Assembly: GCF_018350175.1 (NCBI RefSeq)
Contig: NC_058368.1
Coordinates: 30,010,001-30,074,000 of the forward strand
Source: Felis catus
Lineage: Eukaryota
Direction: 5' to 3'
Length of the DNA stretch: 64,000 bases
Below are positions 11,476 through 24,340 of the stretch, piece after piece. The translations under genes and the position numbers were made by a program. The stretch's first letter is position 1; each line of letters begins with the position of its first letter. Below the pieces are notes generated by a model, which searched no databases, was not told the DNA's origin, and was given only the letters and a program-made list of their open reading frames with translations.

Positions 11476-12283
11476 AGATAGGATTCGGTAGGCAGAGGGG
11501 GAGAGGCTAGGGCCTGAAGGTCCCTGGGTGGGGGAAAACACAAATTTTAAAACATTTCTCCTGGGCGCTGCTGACCTCCAGCAAACTCCCTCGGGCATAA
11601 AGTTCCTCTTAAGTGTGTGACATCACCTACTCCCCCTCAGGTTTGCCTCAGGAATTTGACAAAAGACCTAACTAAAAATAAGTAGACCGTACAACACGCG
11701 AGGCTCAAAGAACAGTACGGCCAGAGACCATCCCTCATGAAGTGGAAACGAGTCAATCAAAATAGAATGTCTAGTGGGCCTGGGTGGTTCAGTCGGTTAA
11801 GCTTCCAACTCTTGGTTTCAGCTCAGGCCATGATCTCACAGTTCGTGGGTTCGAGCCTCACAATAGGCTCTGCGCTGACAGCATGGAGCCTGCTTGGGAT
11901 TCTCAATCACTCTCTCTGTCCCTCCCCCGCTTGGGCACACTCTCTCTCTCTCCCTCAAAATAAATAGATAAACCTAAAAAAGAAAAAAGAAAGGGATGAC
12001 TAGACACGTAGAGTTATCTACCCAATAAGGGTAGAACCTGTGAAGAAACAAGGGAGAAGGAAAGGGGGCCCCCCAAACCCTATAAAACAAGCCCCTTGCC
12101 TATAGTCCGTGGGCATTCACTTTCAGATGCCCCCTCTCTGTAAAGAGAGCTTTCCTGTGATTCTTACTTTCTGATCTTATACTCTAATAAACTTTGGTCT
12201 GTTGGCGCCTATTATTCTGTGTCCACCTGTTCATTCTTCGAGCGACAATGAACCCTGGGTATTGAGGTAAAAAATCCTGCAAC
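11476..12283 (+). mobile_element. ERV solo LTR (ERV1-like, carnivore), interrupted by a SINE; 5' boundary uncertain
   Basis: CCAAT 12022-12026, TATAAAA 12081-12087, AATAAA 12186-12191, U5-like ttcattcttcg...aaccctggg, terminal atcctgcaac. Confidence 0.65.
11775..11990 (+). mobile_element. CAN SINE inside the LTR
   Basis: gggcctgggtggttcagtcggttaagc...gagcctgcttgggattctc...aaataaa; degenerate TSD aatagaatgtctag/aaagggatgactag. Confidence 0.93.
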
Positions 12284-13774
12284 CCCTGGGGCTATACCTC
12301 CGAGAGGTGCTGCTTGGCCCCCTCCTACGCGGGTGAGGGTGCCAGCCTGGCACATGAGGCACGCTCAGCAGCTTGGCCCTCATTAACCCTGAATCGACAA
12401 CACTTAGAGCCAGTTAATCTTAAGGATTCAGTATTCGCCAGTGCCAGGTTATTCCCTTTAAATCTCTGAAAAGAGAGGAAGGGGGAGGAGGCGTTTTCTC
12501 TTCTGAAAAACCTCACCGCAGGGGGCAGCTTGAGCAGGCTTCCTTCTACCTTTTGTAGGATTCCCAGGTCCCAGGCTGCTTGGAGCCACTCCTGTCCCTC
12601 AGGGGTTCCTTCACAGTTGCAATGCAAATATCTCTGGCCCGAGAGAATTTATTCAGAATGGTGCCTGCAAAGAGCTTAAAGGCTTTGAGGAAGGTGGGGC
12701 CCAGTGTAGGGACATCTCTGACTGTTGACAGTTTGCAAGGAAAGATAACGGCAGGAAAGGCCACTTTACCTACTCTGCTGGCCCCAACCCCGTTTCTTTT
12801 CTTCTCATTTCATAGGTTTATTACTGAAAACCACCACCACCTCCTAATATGCTACGTGCTGCCCAGGAAAGAGCCATGACACGGACCCTGTTTGCAGAGA
12901 CTTATTCCACAGAAACATCTTGTCTTGCACAGGCCGGTCCAGTTTGTGCTGACGGTCCCGATGTAATTATTAATAGCAGGGGGCGGGGTGGGGGGCTTCA
13001 CTCCCAGAAGGTTCCAGTTCGAACTGCCCACGATATAGGCAGGCACCCTGTCTGTAGATACATCATAGGAAGACGCCATTTGTTTTCTTTTGTTTAATCT
13101 CTTCATTTTCTCTCTTGTTTTGGGGAAGCAGCAAGGAGACCCAGGCTTCTGCTTTTACGCAGCAAGGCGGTGACAACCAGAAACATGGGTTGATTGGAGG
13201 AAAACCAAGACAAGCCTAACAGAAGTCAAGCTGCACAACAGTGCAGACTGAAGCGCAGCACGGGGTCCCGGTTCCTCCTCAGCCCTCTGATGCTCACTGT
13301 GATGGCTGCTTTTCACCAAAGCCTCCGCTCCCTGGCAGCCAGAGAGAAGCTTCGGGAAGCTGGTGTGGTAGGCTGGTCTACGGATGGCCCAGTGGCCTGC
13401 GTGGAACCTTTTCGGGCATAGTATGCTGAAGAGGTGGGCGCATGGTGGGAGCAGCTTGTGACACACGGGGGGGTAGGTCACACTCACCTCTACTTCCAGC
13501 CCCGGCAGCGATGGCTGGTAACTTGGCCTGGCTGCCTTCACAGGGGAGGATTCTCGGAATCAGGAAAGATGGCCAAGCAGAGGTTTGGGCGGTTTGCCCC
13601 ACTGGACTGATCTGTGTTCAGATCACGCAGTGTTTGGAGATCTCTGTACAAACACACACACACATATGACCTCTTCCTCTCTCTCCCACTCCCACGCCCC
13701 CCACCCCCCCAGACACTGCCATCCATTGTGTTTTCTATATAACAAGCTCTCGACATATGGATGGGAGGTGACCA

Positions 13775-14005
13775 TGTGGCATAATGGAACAAGGGCTGGT
13801 TTGGGAACAATCAAACTCCGGTTCCAGTCCCCCCAGCTGTGGGATTTACTAGCTGTGTTAGCTTGGTCAAGTTTCTTAAACTTTCCGAGTCTCGGTCTCC
13901 TTAACTATGACATGTGGTACTTGTGAGGATTGAAAATAACTCAGATGAAATAACTCTGGCCCATAGCACCAGGTCTGGTCCACAGCATCGGTCAAGAAAT
14001 GGGAA
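13775..14005 (+). mobile_element. MIR SINE
   Basis: atttactagctgtgttagcttggtcaagtttcttaaactttccgagtctcggtctcc core. Confidence 0.7.
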
Positions 14006-15001
14006 TCACCAGGAGCTCCTCATCCTTACTCCAGCTCTAGCATTAAGAACCTTTCAGTTGAGCGGGGAGGCTTGTGGAAGAGGAAATGTACTCTCCCCTT
14101 GGCTGAGCGTCCGTGCCCACGGGCAATCTTTTACTCACTGTCTGTTTTCATATTCGCCCGCCTCAATTCACCCATCTCCACGTACTCCATGGGGCCTGCG
14201 TGTGCCTGGACCCTGGCTGGCTAGATGTTACCGGTTTACCAGGGGCCGCGTGGCTCAGAGAGAGGTTTCTGTTCTTTGAGGTTCCTGCAGGTGGATCCTG
14301 TTGAGATTTAACGCAGGTGTTTGTCCCTCAGACACCGCTGAGGGCCCTCTCCTCTTTCTGTTTCTCGCTGTCCCTGAACAGTAATAGGGTAACATTTTCT
14401 GGTCCCCGGAAAACAGCCTGCTCTTGGCGTGTTTCTATTGTGCATCATCTATGTTTGGCCTTGACCCTCCTGTGTTCTGCACTGTGAGCAGAATATCAAG
14501 TGGGCTGGAGAAGCGAGCCAGGCACTGCCAGCCCAGTGTGTGCATTGTCAGGGGGAATATCATGCTACGTGCACAGAAAATAACTTCCTTTTCTCATTTT
14601 ATAAATTAGCTCAGCGATCCCTGAGATTATGAGCCTTTATTCCCATAGACAGTGCTTTAAAGGGGAAAAAGAAACAATAACAATGGAATCAGAATACAGT
14701 TCTCTGGGCAGTTCCAATCAGGAAGCGTGGGTAGGAATACGGTCTAGAGATTCTTACAGCACCCAAAAGCTCTCCATCATCACTGATCCCACTTTCTCTC
14801 CTAGCCTCACCCCTACTTCGGCTGCTTTATCACAAAAAAGCTCTGATGAAAGGCTTGTGATCTCAGCTGGGGCTGCCGGGCTGGGGAGAAGAAAAGGGGT
14901 CCTCTTTCTAGAGGAGAAAGGTCGTGCAAAATGCTGGATTCCTGTGTCTGGGAGGCAGCCGACCAGCCTTTTCAGATACAGGTTTGTCCTCTGTCATAGA
15001 A

Positions 15002-15047
15002 TTTGTCATAGAAGCAGTGACAATTTTGTCATAGAAGCAGTGATAAT
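15002..15047. repeat. 23-bp tandem duplication (tttgtcatagaagcagtgaYaat x2)
   Basis: Two adjacent copies with one mismatch, plus a partial copy tgtcataga just upstream. Confidence 0.9.
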
Positions 15048-15064
15048 CAGAGCGAGGAATGTAT

Positions 15065-15170
15065 AAATCATCTGGACCTCCCCCTACAGATGAGGAAACT
15101 GAGACCCAGAGAAGGTAAGTGACTGGGCCAAGGTCCTCACTCAGCTGACGAGGGGCTGGCCTGGGACCTC
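15065..15170 (-). mobile_element. MIR/MIR3 core fragment
   Basis: tacagatgaggaaactgagacccagagaaggtaagtgactgggccaaggtc. Confidence 0.75.
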
Positions 15171-15654
15171 CGTGAGCCTGACTGCACTTCTCAAAGCAGA
15201 AGGGTTCCCAGGGGAGAAAAAGGCATCTCTTTCCCATCTCATTTTATTCCAAAGTACAAAACCCATTCCTATTTTTTCTTAATCTACTTGTAAACTCTAA
15301 TGACTAGTTCTAGTGTTAAATACTTCACATAATTTACTTAATTAGCTAATTGCTAACAATGTGAAGTCATTTTCTTTGACCTTTTATAATCCCCGTTCCT
15401 CCCACAGAAAACAAGGTCCTATCATCAGTGTTTTGGTGACATTGGCGTAAAAAGTGAATGGTTTGACATAAAAGCAGAGTCTAGTTCTGGAATGTCTGGC
15501 TTTCCTCCACTAAACACCCGGTATTCCCTTATAAAGTAGAGTGTGTGTGTATGGGGCGGTGGGTGGGGGCAGTGGGAGGGCATTTTTGAAATTAGGAGCA
15601 TTACCCCCACCTGTATATTTACTGATCCTAGAGGCGAGTTAATGAAGTAAGTTT

Positions 15655-15890
15655 GAAAGATTGGGACCACAGAGACCTAACATCGAGTCTCACCTCTACC
15701 CTGTCCTCGCTGGATCGCTTTGAACAAAGAACCTGGCTCCAAGACTCTTTTTGACTATAATATGGATTTAATAATGGGGCCTATTTGATAGAGTCATTAT
15801 GAGAATTAAGTGACTTGATATGTGTATAAAGTTTCTAAGACTGGATGTGGCATGCACTAAGACTTCAACCAATGTTCATTATTATTATTG
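15655..15890 (+). mobile_element. MIR SINE (degenerate)
   Basis: cattatgagaattaagtgacttgatatgtgtataaagtttctaagactgg...caatgttcattattatt tail. Confidence 0.6.
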
Positions 15891-15984
15891 TTAATAAATA
15901 CTTACAGGAGTATTTGAAGGTTCAGAAAAGTAAGAAGAAGGAAGGCTGCCTCGATTCCCTCCCTCTGAGTTTGCTACTTTTCCA

Positions 15985-16320
15985 CCATGGAATCATCATG
16001 GTATCACAATGTATGTATAATTTATCAGGCTGCTTTTTCCATTTAGCATTCTTTTGTGAACATCTTCTCTTATTCTTCAGACACATGACTTTTAATGTCT
16101 ACAAAGTATTTCATAAACAGACATACCGTCATTTATTTAACTCTGTCCCTATTGTTGCCGTTCAGTTTGTTTTCCCCATTTTTTTTCTCCTTTGTAAATA
16201 TTTTGGCATATAAATCTTTGTACTTTTGATCATTTTCTGAGGCTAGATTCCTAGAAGTAAAATTATTGGGTCAAAACATAAACATATGTCAGAATCTCAA
16301 TTCAAACTGTGAGTTGCTTT
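15985..16320 (-). mobile_element. L1ME-like fragment
   Basis: ctgctttttccatttagcat...atttatttaac...tagattcctagaagtaaaattattgggtcaaa. Confidence 0.65.
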
Positions 16321-16599
16321 GTAAGAAGAAGCAGTGCTTTACTTTGTAAAGCTCATTTGCCAAAGCCGTGCATGTCAACATTTCCCACTGGGCTGTCATT
16401 GGGAAAGGGGTAGTCGAATACTTAATGTCTGTAGTCAATCGAAAATTAATTTCCTCTTCCTTTTCTTCCTGGGTTGCCTAGAGGACTGTTGGAAATGGCC
16501 CTGACCGGGGAGTCCTTCGGGATCTCCTCCTCAGGAAGCCTCATGTACTCTGGTTCGGAGACGCTCAAGCCCGAGCCAACCTCGCAAGCCCAGTTGACC

Positions 16600-16960
16600 T
16601 AATTCAGTCTTCTGACCAGTGGAATGGCATCCAGCATCACGTCCAGCTTTAAAAGCTTTCAGAAAAGGTGAGCCCCTGGCTTCTTTGCTTAGTCTATTGT
16701 TGTGTGGGTAATACCCCTTATTTGTTAGAAAGTTACTGCTTAAGCTCATCCCCTAAATCCTTGACCAATTTGGTCCTGTTAAGCACAAGTCTTCTGGAAC
16801 GTGCGGTCTCCATAGCGTGTGGGTGGTGACCACATCACAGGAGTGCTTTGCCGGTACCTTTCTAGGTCCAGCACAGGGATGCCTGCTACATGGCTTAGAT
16901 ATTGCTAAGCTTCTCCTCATGCTTCTCTTCCTTGAATATAGAATTTTCACCTTTCCCGGA
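16600..16960 (-). mobile_element. Possible L3/CR1 fragment
   Basis: ggtgagcccctggcttc...ttgttagaaagttactgctt...taaatc resembles the CR1/L3 3' region. Confidence 0.35.
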
Positions 16961-16979
16961 TTCACCCTCTCTATCCTTG

Positions 16980-17900
16980 TAGACGCTCCCCCTCCAATCC
17001 AGGGCTCCCATTCTTCCAGCCTCAGATGCTTCTTACTTCCCTAAATGGTCTCTCTGCTGTTAAAGTGTTCCTCCTCCAGTCTGTCCTATGTAGAGCCACC
17101 AGGTTCGTCTCGCTTAGACATAGTTCTAAGCCTGTCACTCTTCGCTGAGGACCAGATTAAGCACGCTCTCAAGGCCATCCATTGTGTAGACTCCATTTTC
17201 TGGTTATCCCATAACACTTTCCAGCCAAATCATACTACTCTCTGCTCCCGAATGGGCCCAATCCTTGTCAGATTCATTATTTTCCTTTTGCTTAATTGCC
17301 CTCCCTTTTCCCATGTCGCTCTTGAAATTTCAGGGGCACCTGGGTGGCTCTGTCGGTTGAGCGACGGACTTTGGCTCAGGTCATGATCTCACAGCTCACA
17401 AGTTCGAGCCCCGCGTTGGGCTCTGTGCTGACAGCTCAGAGCCTGGAGCCTGCTTCTGCTTCTGTGTCTCCCTCTCTCTCTGCCCCTAACCCGCTCGCAT
17501 TCTGTCTCTGTCTCTCTCAAAAATAAATAAACATTAAAAAAAATTAAAAAGCAATAAAAAAGAAATTTCATCTACTCATCCCAAATATCCATATATGAAG
17601 CCTGTCTTAACGCCCTGTTGCCAGAATGAAAGCTCAGCCACCGTGAACACCTGTGCACATCACTTCCCTTTTCTCAATTTTCCCCATAATACAATATTTT
17701 CTAATCCTCCCTTTGTCCCAATCTTGGTAGCTAATAACGATTATCTACCTTTATTATCTATCTCTTGTTATCTAATCCTCCCTTTGTGCTAGCCTCTGTA
17801 GAGAATAAACTCCTGGAAGGCCGAACAGTGCTTGCCTCTTCGTTGCACCCCTTACATCCCCCCAGAGAGTGCCTTGTACATGGTGGACACTCAGGTTCTG
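16980..17900 (+). mobile_element. L2 fragment, split by a SINE
   Basis: ctaaatggtctctctgct...ctccagtctgtcc...gaataaactcctggaaggccgaacagtg...agtgccttgtacatggtggacactcag, L2 3' end. Confidence 0.55.
17333..17561 (+). mobile_element. CAN SINE (SINEC_Fc-like) with 9-bp TSD
   Basis: ggggcacctgggtggctc... A tail; TSD gaaatttca at 17324-17332 and 17562-17570. Confidence 0.96.
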
Positions 17901-18109
17901 AGACAGAAGTTCTCTGACACAGCCCCCCTCTCACACCGCCACAGAATGGGAGCAGCACAGCTGCCTGGATTTATTGCTTTTCCCAGGAGAGGCAATTATA
18001 GTGCTTTATCTTCCCCTTTGGCTTTCAGCCAGTGGCTCTGTACCTAGTTTTTAATTTTCTTTTGTTTGAAGGGATGTTCTGTCTCCTCAGTCAAAACAAA
18101 ATGATGACG

Positions 18110-18345
18110 GTAATAAGAGTTGCTGCTATTTATTGAAAGACTACTATGAGCTGGACGTTGTGCTTTACATACGGGATCTCATTCATTAGTCTCCATGAAA
18201 ACCTTACAAGTTAGAGATATGATTATTCCCCTTTATGGATGAAAAAACTGAAGCTCGGAGAAGTTAAAAATCTTGCCCCCATGTCACTAAGGTAGATTAG
18301 AGTTTGAGTCAAGAGTTGAACCCAGATCTGTGGGCCCCAGTCCCT
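18110..18345 (-). mobile_element. MIR SINE
   Basis: atttattgaaagactactatg...ccctttatggatgaaaaaactgaagctcggagaagttaaaaatcttgccc...ttgaacccagatctg. Confidence 0.8.
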
Positions 18346-19233
18346 TCTATTGTGTCCCACTGGAAAAGGATGGTTTGAGGGTGGGTAGGCGTGAAGCTCT
18401 GGCTCAGTTTTCCTGGGATCTGAGAGCCTTGGGCTTTGTAGTTGGGGGAAATGCGTACTCCCACTGCAGCTCAATTATGCTAGTTATGCCAAGCCCCTGG
18501 TGCCCCTTCATCCTGTCGCATTGCCTACAGGAGGGCAGGGAGATGGCGTGAGGCCACTGCTTGGATCTGAGTGCCCTTGGTGCCCCCAAGGTCTTTGGCT
18601 CTACACATACTCTGTGCTTCTTCCAGAGACCTCCAGAGCTCCCAGACCTATCACTGCGCAAGGTACCCTGGACATTAAATTATTGGAAATCCGACAGTTT
18701 AACACAGTCTCCGGGTCATCTGTTTGCTGGGGAGAAGGCAGTCGAATATGGGTGTGATGTATGCCGAGACTGAGACAAATGTCTTCCTTTAGGCATCAAA
18801 ACTAGGTAAGTCGGGATAGTTCAATGCTAATTTTTAAAGAACTCTGGAAAATAGCATTCTAGCACAGTGCTTGAAATACACTAGTTATTTAATAGACATT
18901 AATTTCCCTTATTCCATCTAACATGTTAGCCTGTCACACTGGTTACCTACACACACGGTGAGCGGTGTTATATAGGAGAGTGACCCGGGCTTAGGGATCC
19001 TGAGTTTATAACAAGCAGTAAGTATGCCTGCCTTTTCCTCTGGTGGGTGATACTATCTCTACCTTTCCAGGCCATTTGCTATACAGATGTCCTTGAGAAG
19101 ACATCCTGGAATAAAGGGAACTATAGCTTTCTTTGTAAGACATGTATGTAGAAATGCATAAGACCCATGAAGAATCATCTCCTAACACCCACCTCATGGA
19201 TCTTTTTTATGAGGCTTAAATGAACTGACATAT

Positions 19234-19620
19234 TATATCAGTCAGGATAGTTCAGGTTATGCTGCAGTAACAGATGACTTCCTAAGTTTCAGTGTCTTAA
19301 ACCTCCAAAGACATTCTTCTTGCTAATGCCACTCACTCTTGAGAATTAGCTGGGCACTCTGTTCCAGATTATCCTCACTCTGGGTCCTAACCTGAAGGAG
19401 GCTTCATCATGTGGCACATCATCATGGGAGAGGGAAAGTGAGTGTGCAAAATAGCATGCTGGCTCTTAAAACTTTATCCCAGAAAGAATGTGTATCTCTT
19501 CTGCTCACATGTCCATCCTCAAAGCAAGTCATGGGGCTAAACCTGACTTTGAGGGAGAAGGCAAACGTGCCCAGAAGAAGATCTAAGATACTTAATTCGT
19601 GGGCAGCATGAAATACTACT
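19234..19620 (-). mobile_element. ERVL-MaLR solo LTR (MLT1J/K-like), inserted into a MIR
   Basis: tcagtcaggatagttcaggttatgctgcagtaaca...gctggctcttaaaact...ctgctcacatgtccat...aagcaagtcatgg; MIR pieces flank both sides. Confidence 0.75.
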
Positions 19621-20169
19621 AAAGAAATGCAAAGTCCTTGCACAAAGTTTGGCACCTGAGAAATTGTGGCTTCTCTCTTCCTTTCCATTCCTGGAGACAT
19701 GAGTTTGGGAAGGGTCAAAAGTGTGGGTCATTGGTCCGGAGGAAGCTCATAGTGATCAGGGATTCAGATTATTCTCTGACTGTCTGTGGCTGTGGTCAAG
19801 AAAATGTGCAGGATTTCCAGAGTAAAGTTATGTGCCCAAGCTTGCAAATCAGATTAATCAATACTAGTTGCTAACATGCATTCAAGTTCACAAGTTTGTT
19901 GGTCAACACTAACAAAGAAGGAACAAGAATTTCTCCCAATCCCCAATTATTGCACAGAGATAATAACTAGATTGAGAGAGAGAGAAAAAAAATGTTGATT
20001 TATTTTTATTCATGAAGCAACGCAATCACAGATTCAATAGCTGAAATACTTCCTGACCTGAACTGGTCCCCCCATCTGACTAGAAATCATTGAATGCCAT
20101 AGAATGAAATAAACATTAAGGATCATCACAGCCTCCATGCTCTAGAGTTAAACAATGCCAGATGGGTAT

Positions 20170-20310
20170 TAATTCATTTCTTCAAAAGATATTCATAAAG
20201 CTTCCCCTGCCCCAACCTGTCAGGTTCTGTGTTCAGCATCTGAGTACAAGGTGCAAAACAAAACAGACATAGTTCCTGACTCCATGGAACTTGGAGTCTA
20301 GAGGGAAAAA
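20170..20310 (-). mobile_element. L2 3' end fragment
   Basis: attcatttcttcaaaagatatt...aacaaaacagacatagttcctgactccatggaacttggagtctagaggg. Confidence 0.7.
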
Positions 20311-22499
20311 AAAGATTGTAATAAAAGGAACCCTTATTCAAGGCTTGCTTACTAGGGCCTGGGCACCGGGCTGTGCAATATGTTTGCATTTCATCAAAGA
20401 CTCAACAGCCTGCGGTGGTTTATTATTCACAATAACCATGTGGAGGTAGTGGGAAGCATAGCTTTGACCCAGTGTAGTCAAAACTCAGAAAAGTTATTCT
20501 ACATATTCTGTGGGTACCAGAGTTTTTAGGACAGAATTCAGGTCTCAGTAGCTCAGTGTACAGACGTATCCACACCCAGATATCGTCACTAACCTGTATC
20601 ACAAGAACCACCCTTGCTCATGGGCTGTGGATCCCCCTTCTCCAGGCTGTGCCCTGTCCTCATTTACATCCTCCATCAATGAATGAGTTAGAGAACTCAG
20701 TGCGCATCGATTAGGTGCCAGGCAACGCGCACCTACAGTTATCTTCCTACAATTACCTGCAAGGGTAGGAATGACTATGATCACTTTGCAGCTGACTAAA
20801 TGGAGGATCAGAACATGAGAAGACACTTGCCTGTTATTCCAGGCCTCGAAATTGGTACAGGCAGCCAGGATCCGACCCACCCTGTCTGAGCCAGAACTCT
20901 TCCCAGGGCCACGACGTTGTTCTTCCTCCCTGCCGGCAGGCCTGACCAGTGGATGTTCCCAGACCTATAACCATGGCTCCCGCCTGCCATCCCTAAGTCC
21001 CCCTGCAATAATGCCAGGTTATGAAATCCAGGCAGCTCTAGCAGAAGCAGACTCATTCTGGGAACACCTGCCTCTCCTTACGGCAACAGTATAGCTTCCA
21101 GCTCTTAACTCACCTACTCTAATGAACCCAGCAAACATTGATTAAGCAGTGGCAGGCCCCGAGGCTAATGCAGTGAGCCCAGTGCAGCTCTGGTCTCCAA
21201 GGCCTTAAAATCGAGAGTGTGAGCGAAACTTAGAGCCACAGCAAGTAGAAGGCAAGTAGACTTAACACAGGGTTATAACAAATAAAGTGTAACAGGAGAA
21301 CAAGGAGAGAGAAACTCCTACTAGGCAGTCTAGGAAGACGTTGGGGGGCGATGTGATTTTCAGGGCCTTGAAGGATGGGTAAGACTCAAGTGCTAGAAGC
21401 CAGGCAGTGAGGGGGATGGAGGGGAAGGGTGAATGTGAAGGAGCCAAGTCCTGCAGGCACAAGAAGGTGCTATTTCTCCCGGAAACTGGTAAGCCCAGGG
21501 AGAAGTTGTTTTTCCAGAACACTCCAAAGCTGACCCATTTTCACAGAGGCCCCAGGGAGGAGCAGCTTGTGGAGTGGGGGTGGGGGCAAGTGCGATCAGA
21601 GGGGCTGCTTCAGGGGTGAGCTGAGAAGAAAGAATACTCTGGACACTTCGAAAGTCTTATCCAAAAAGGAGCCATCTGGTCTGGTGCGGAGTACCAAGCA
21701 AACTTCTTTTTATTTTCTGCAGGCATCTGGGCTTTGTGGAGGGATCTGCGGTGGCTCCCTGGGCTGGTGAAGGGCCGAATCTTTGGCGCCTGAAGCCTGA
21801 CTGGTCCCAGCCTCCACACCTCTGCACAGAGCGGTCCTCACAGTGAGCTGCTGAGCTGACAGCTGTCTCTTTCGGAGCCCTTTGGGTCTGCCGCCCCATG
21901 CTGTCCCCTTGAGAGAGAAGCATGGTAGGTTTTTTTTTTTTTTTTTTTAAATCCTGGCCAGTTACATCTGGGAAAAACAATCCAAATGTTAATCCATCTG
22001 GAGAGAGAATGAATCCCTCTCTTCTGCTGCTGCCTGTATCTTTTCATTCTCATTTCTGGATCTTTAAATCACATTATGAAGCCAGAACGAACGCCCTGCA
22101 AACCTGTCTCCTACCCTTCAGGCAGCCTTTTAGACCTTTCTTTGTGCCCTGTCTCCTTATGCTCCTGCCTCACAGAGCTCCTTTCATCTGGGTGTGACGC
22201 AGCCCGTGAAACAGAGAAACAAAGCCTCGCTACACCCCCATGAGGAAAGAGGCAATCATAACTTGCCTTCCTCCTGCCAGGGAGGGGACAAAACAAGGAC
22301 GGTGCAGTGATTTGGTCACAGTTCCAGCTCCTCCTGCCACCCTAACGCAAGGATTTGGCCACAACACCCTGCACTCGTGTGCTTTCGTAGGAGGGGACTC
22401 ACATGTTCAAGAAGGAACTTGGTACATTTCTTCCTAAACTGGATCCTCCTCCTGCATGCATTGTTGGGGGAAAAGCAACAACCAATCACCCCAGTTGGG

Positions 22500-23215
22500 A
22501 ACTTTCAACTCTCCCAGGCTTTAGAGACGTACCGGGGGTCCTAACGCTCATGCCGAGGCTGCTTCTCTCCAGTTCTCTGCGACTCCTTTCGGCGCCCTGC
22601 TTGCCTGCATTACTACCACAGCTTGCTCTCCACAGTCCTGTTTCTGCTGTGTTTCCCTCCAAATCCACCCTCCAGGCTGCTGTCAGAATAATCCTTCTGA
22701 AATACACTTAGATAGGTCATGCCTCTGCTCAAAACACTTGTCCTAAGATTTCAACCCCTTACCCTGGCCTAGAGGCTCCACGTTCCATGCCCCAGCGTAC
22801 CTGCCCAACCTCCTTTTCCACCTGTGCCCCTCCACACTCTCCATAACTGGCCACTTAGAACCACTTCCTGTTCCCTGCGTGTGATGCATCATGCCTTTGC
22901 TGGTGTTCCCATGCACGACTCTGATCCTCTGGCGCGGGAGCTCCTGTCTGTTATCAAAGCCCAGCTTCAGGAGCGGCCTCCACCCTGAGTACCAGATGAA
23001 ACTGGCAGGTCGCTCCTTCGCGTCATGTTGTATCTTTACTGGGTTTCCGTTAGGGCTCATGGTAGGATATCAGACATTGTTTACGTACTGCCTCGTCTCT
23101 GGCCCCAAATCACCTGTGTGTTCTTTCTCGGCTAGTGTGGTGTCCTTCGTCTTGGCATTGCCAGGACCCAGTGGAGTGCCTTGCAAACAGTCGATAGAGT
23201 TTGCTGAATCAGGAG
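22500..23215 (+). mobile_element. L2 fragment
   Basis: ccctccaaatccaccctccaggctgctgtcagaataatccttctgaaatacac...catgcctctgctcaaaacactt...gtttgctgaat. Confidence 0.65.
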
Positions 23216-24164
23216 GGTGATCACGTCTGTTCACGGAAAAGGCAGAACTAACAGACAGAGAAACAGAGGCCAAAGACTGTTGAGAGGTTTTCCCAGTCTC
23301 GTGCTGTGAATTTAAGTAGCAGTGCAATGACTAAACCCAAGGCTTCTGGTTTCCAGATTATCACACCTCTGTAGTCCCTAGAACCAACGCATCGAGCAAG
23401 CCTGTAGGGGAGAGTTTGTATTCCTCTATGTGTCACAGATAACCTTCATTCATGTATTCAATGTGTACTTGTGTGTTTAACAAGTCAGGAAGGTCCCCTT
23501 TCCCATGAGAAACTTGCTACTGGAAACAGAGAGAAAAATAGATAACAAAGTACATAAATCAGATATAAGGTGAGTGGACAGGAGTCAGAACAGGTGGAAG
23601 CTTGGAGGCCATCATAGGGGGCCCAGATTCTATTCTAACAGCAGTCATTGGCTTCTAAAAGCCAGGAGTTTGACAGCTGTGGGACAGGAGTTGGGAACAG
23701 AGTGACACAGGGAGAGGAGTTACTGCACTGCCTCTGAAGGATGCAACAGTGACTTGGACCAGGGTGGCGGAAATGCAGGTGGAACAAGGTGGACTGATTT
23801 GGGATTTATTTCAGATGAAACCTGCCCACACTTGCAATGAGTTGGTTGTGGCTAAAGTCTTTGGTCTGGAAGAAGGGTTATTAGGCATTGTTCTCATTTA
23901 TCCCCAACAAATCGATGACCACAGAGGCAGTGTTAGAATTCTTGGGTCATCAAAAGATTCCAGCATTTGGTAGACACCCGTTATTTCTGTGAACGACCCC
24001 ACAATATTTTATTATGTGAATGATGTCATCAGAGCCTCCTTTGGGAGTCAAAGTTTGTCTTCTACCTCTTAAGGCCATGGAAAATGGCAATAGGACTCTG
24101 GTCGGGACCATTCTGGGTTTGTGTGTGGCCCCTGGCTGTGTCTTGCACGGTTTGACGTGAGGGC

Positions 24165-24340
24165 CAGCATGGTATAGGAAGAGACTAAGATTTGAAGCTG
24201 TACAGTGCCTTTTTCAAGCTGTGTGACCTTGGGAAGGGTTTCCAACCTCTCGAAGCCTCAGTTGTCTCATCTATAAAATGAACTTCAAGAATACATGACT
24301 CACAGAGTTTGTGTGAAAATTTAATGACCGAAGTAAAGTA
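24165..24340 (+). mobile_element. MIR SINE
   Basis: agctgtgtgaccttgggaagggtttccaacctctcgaagcctcagttgtctcatctataaaatg. Confidence 0.75.
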
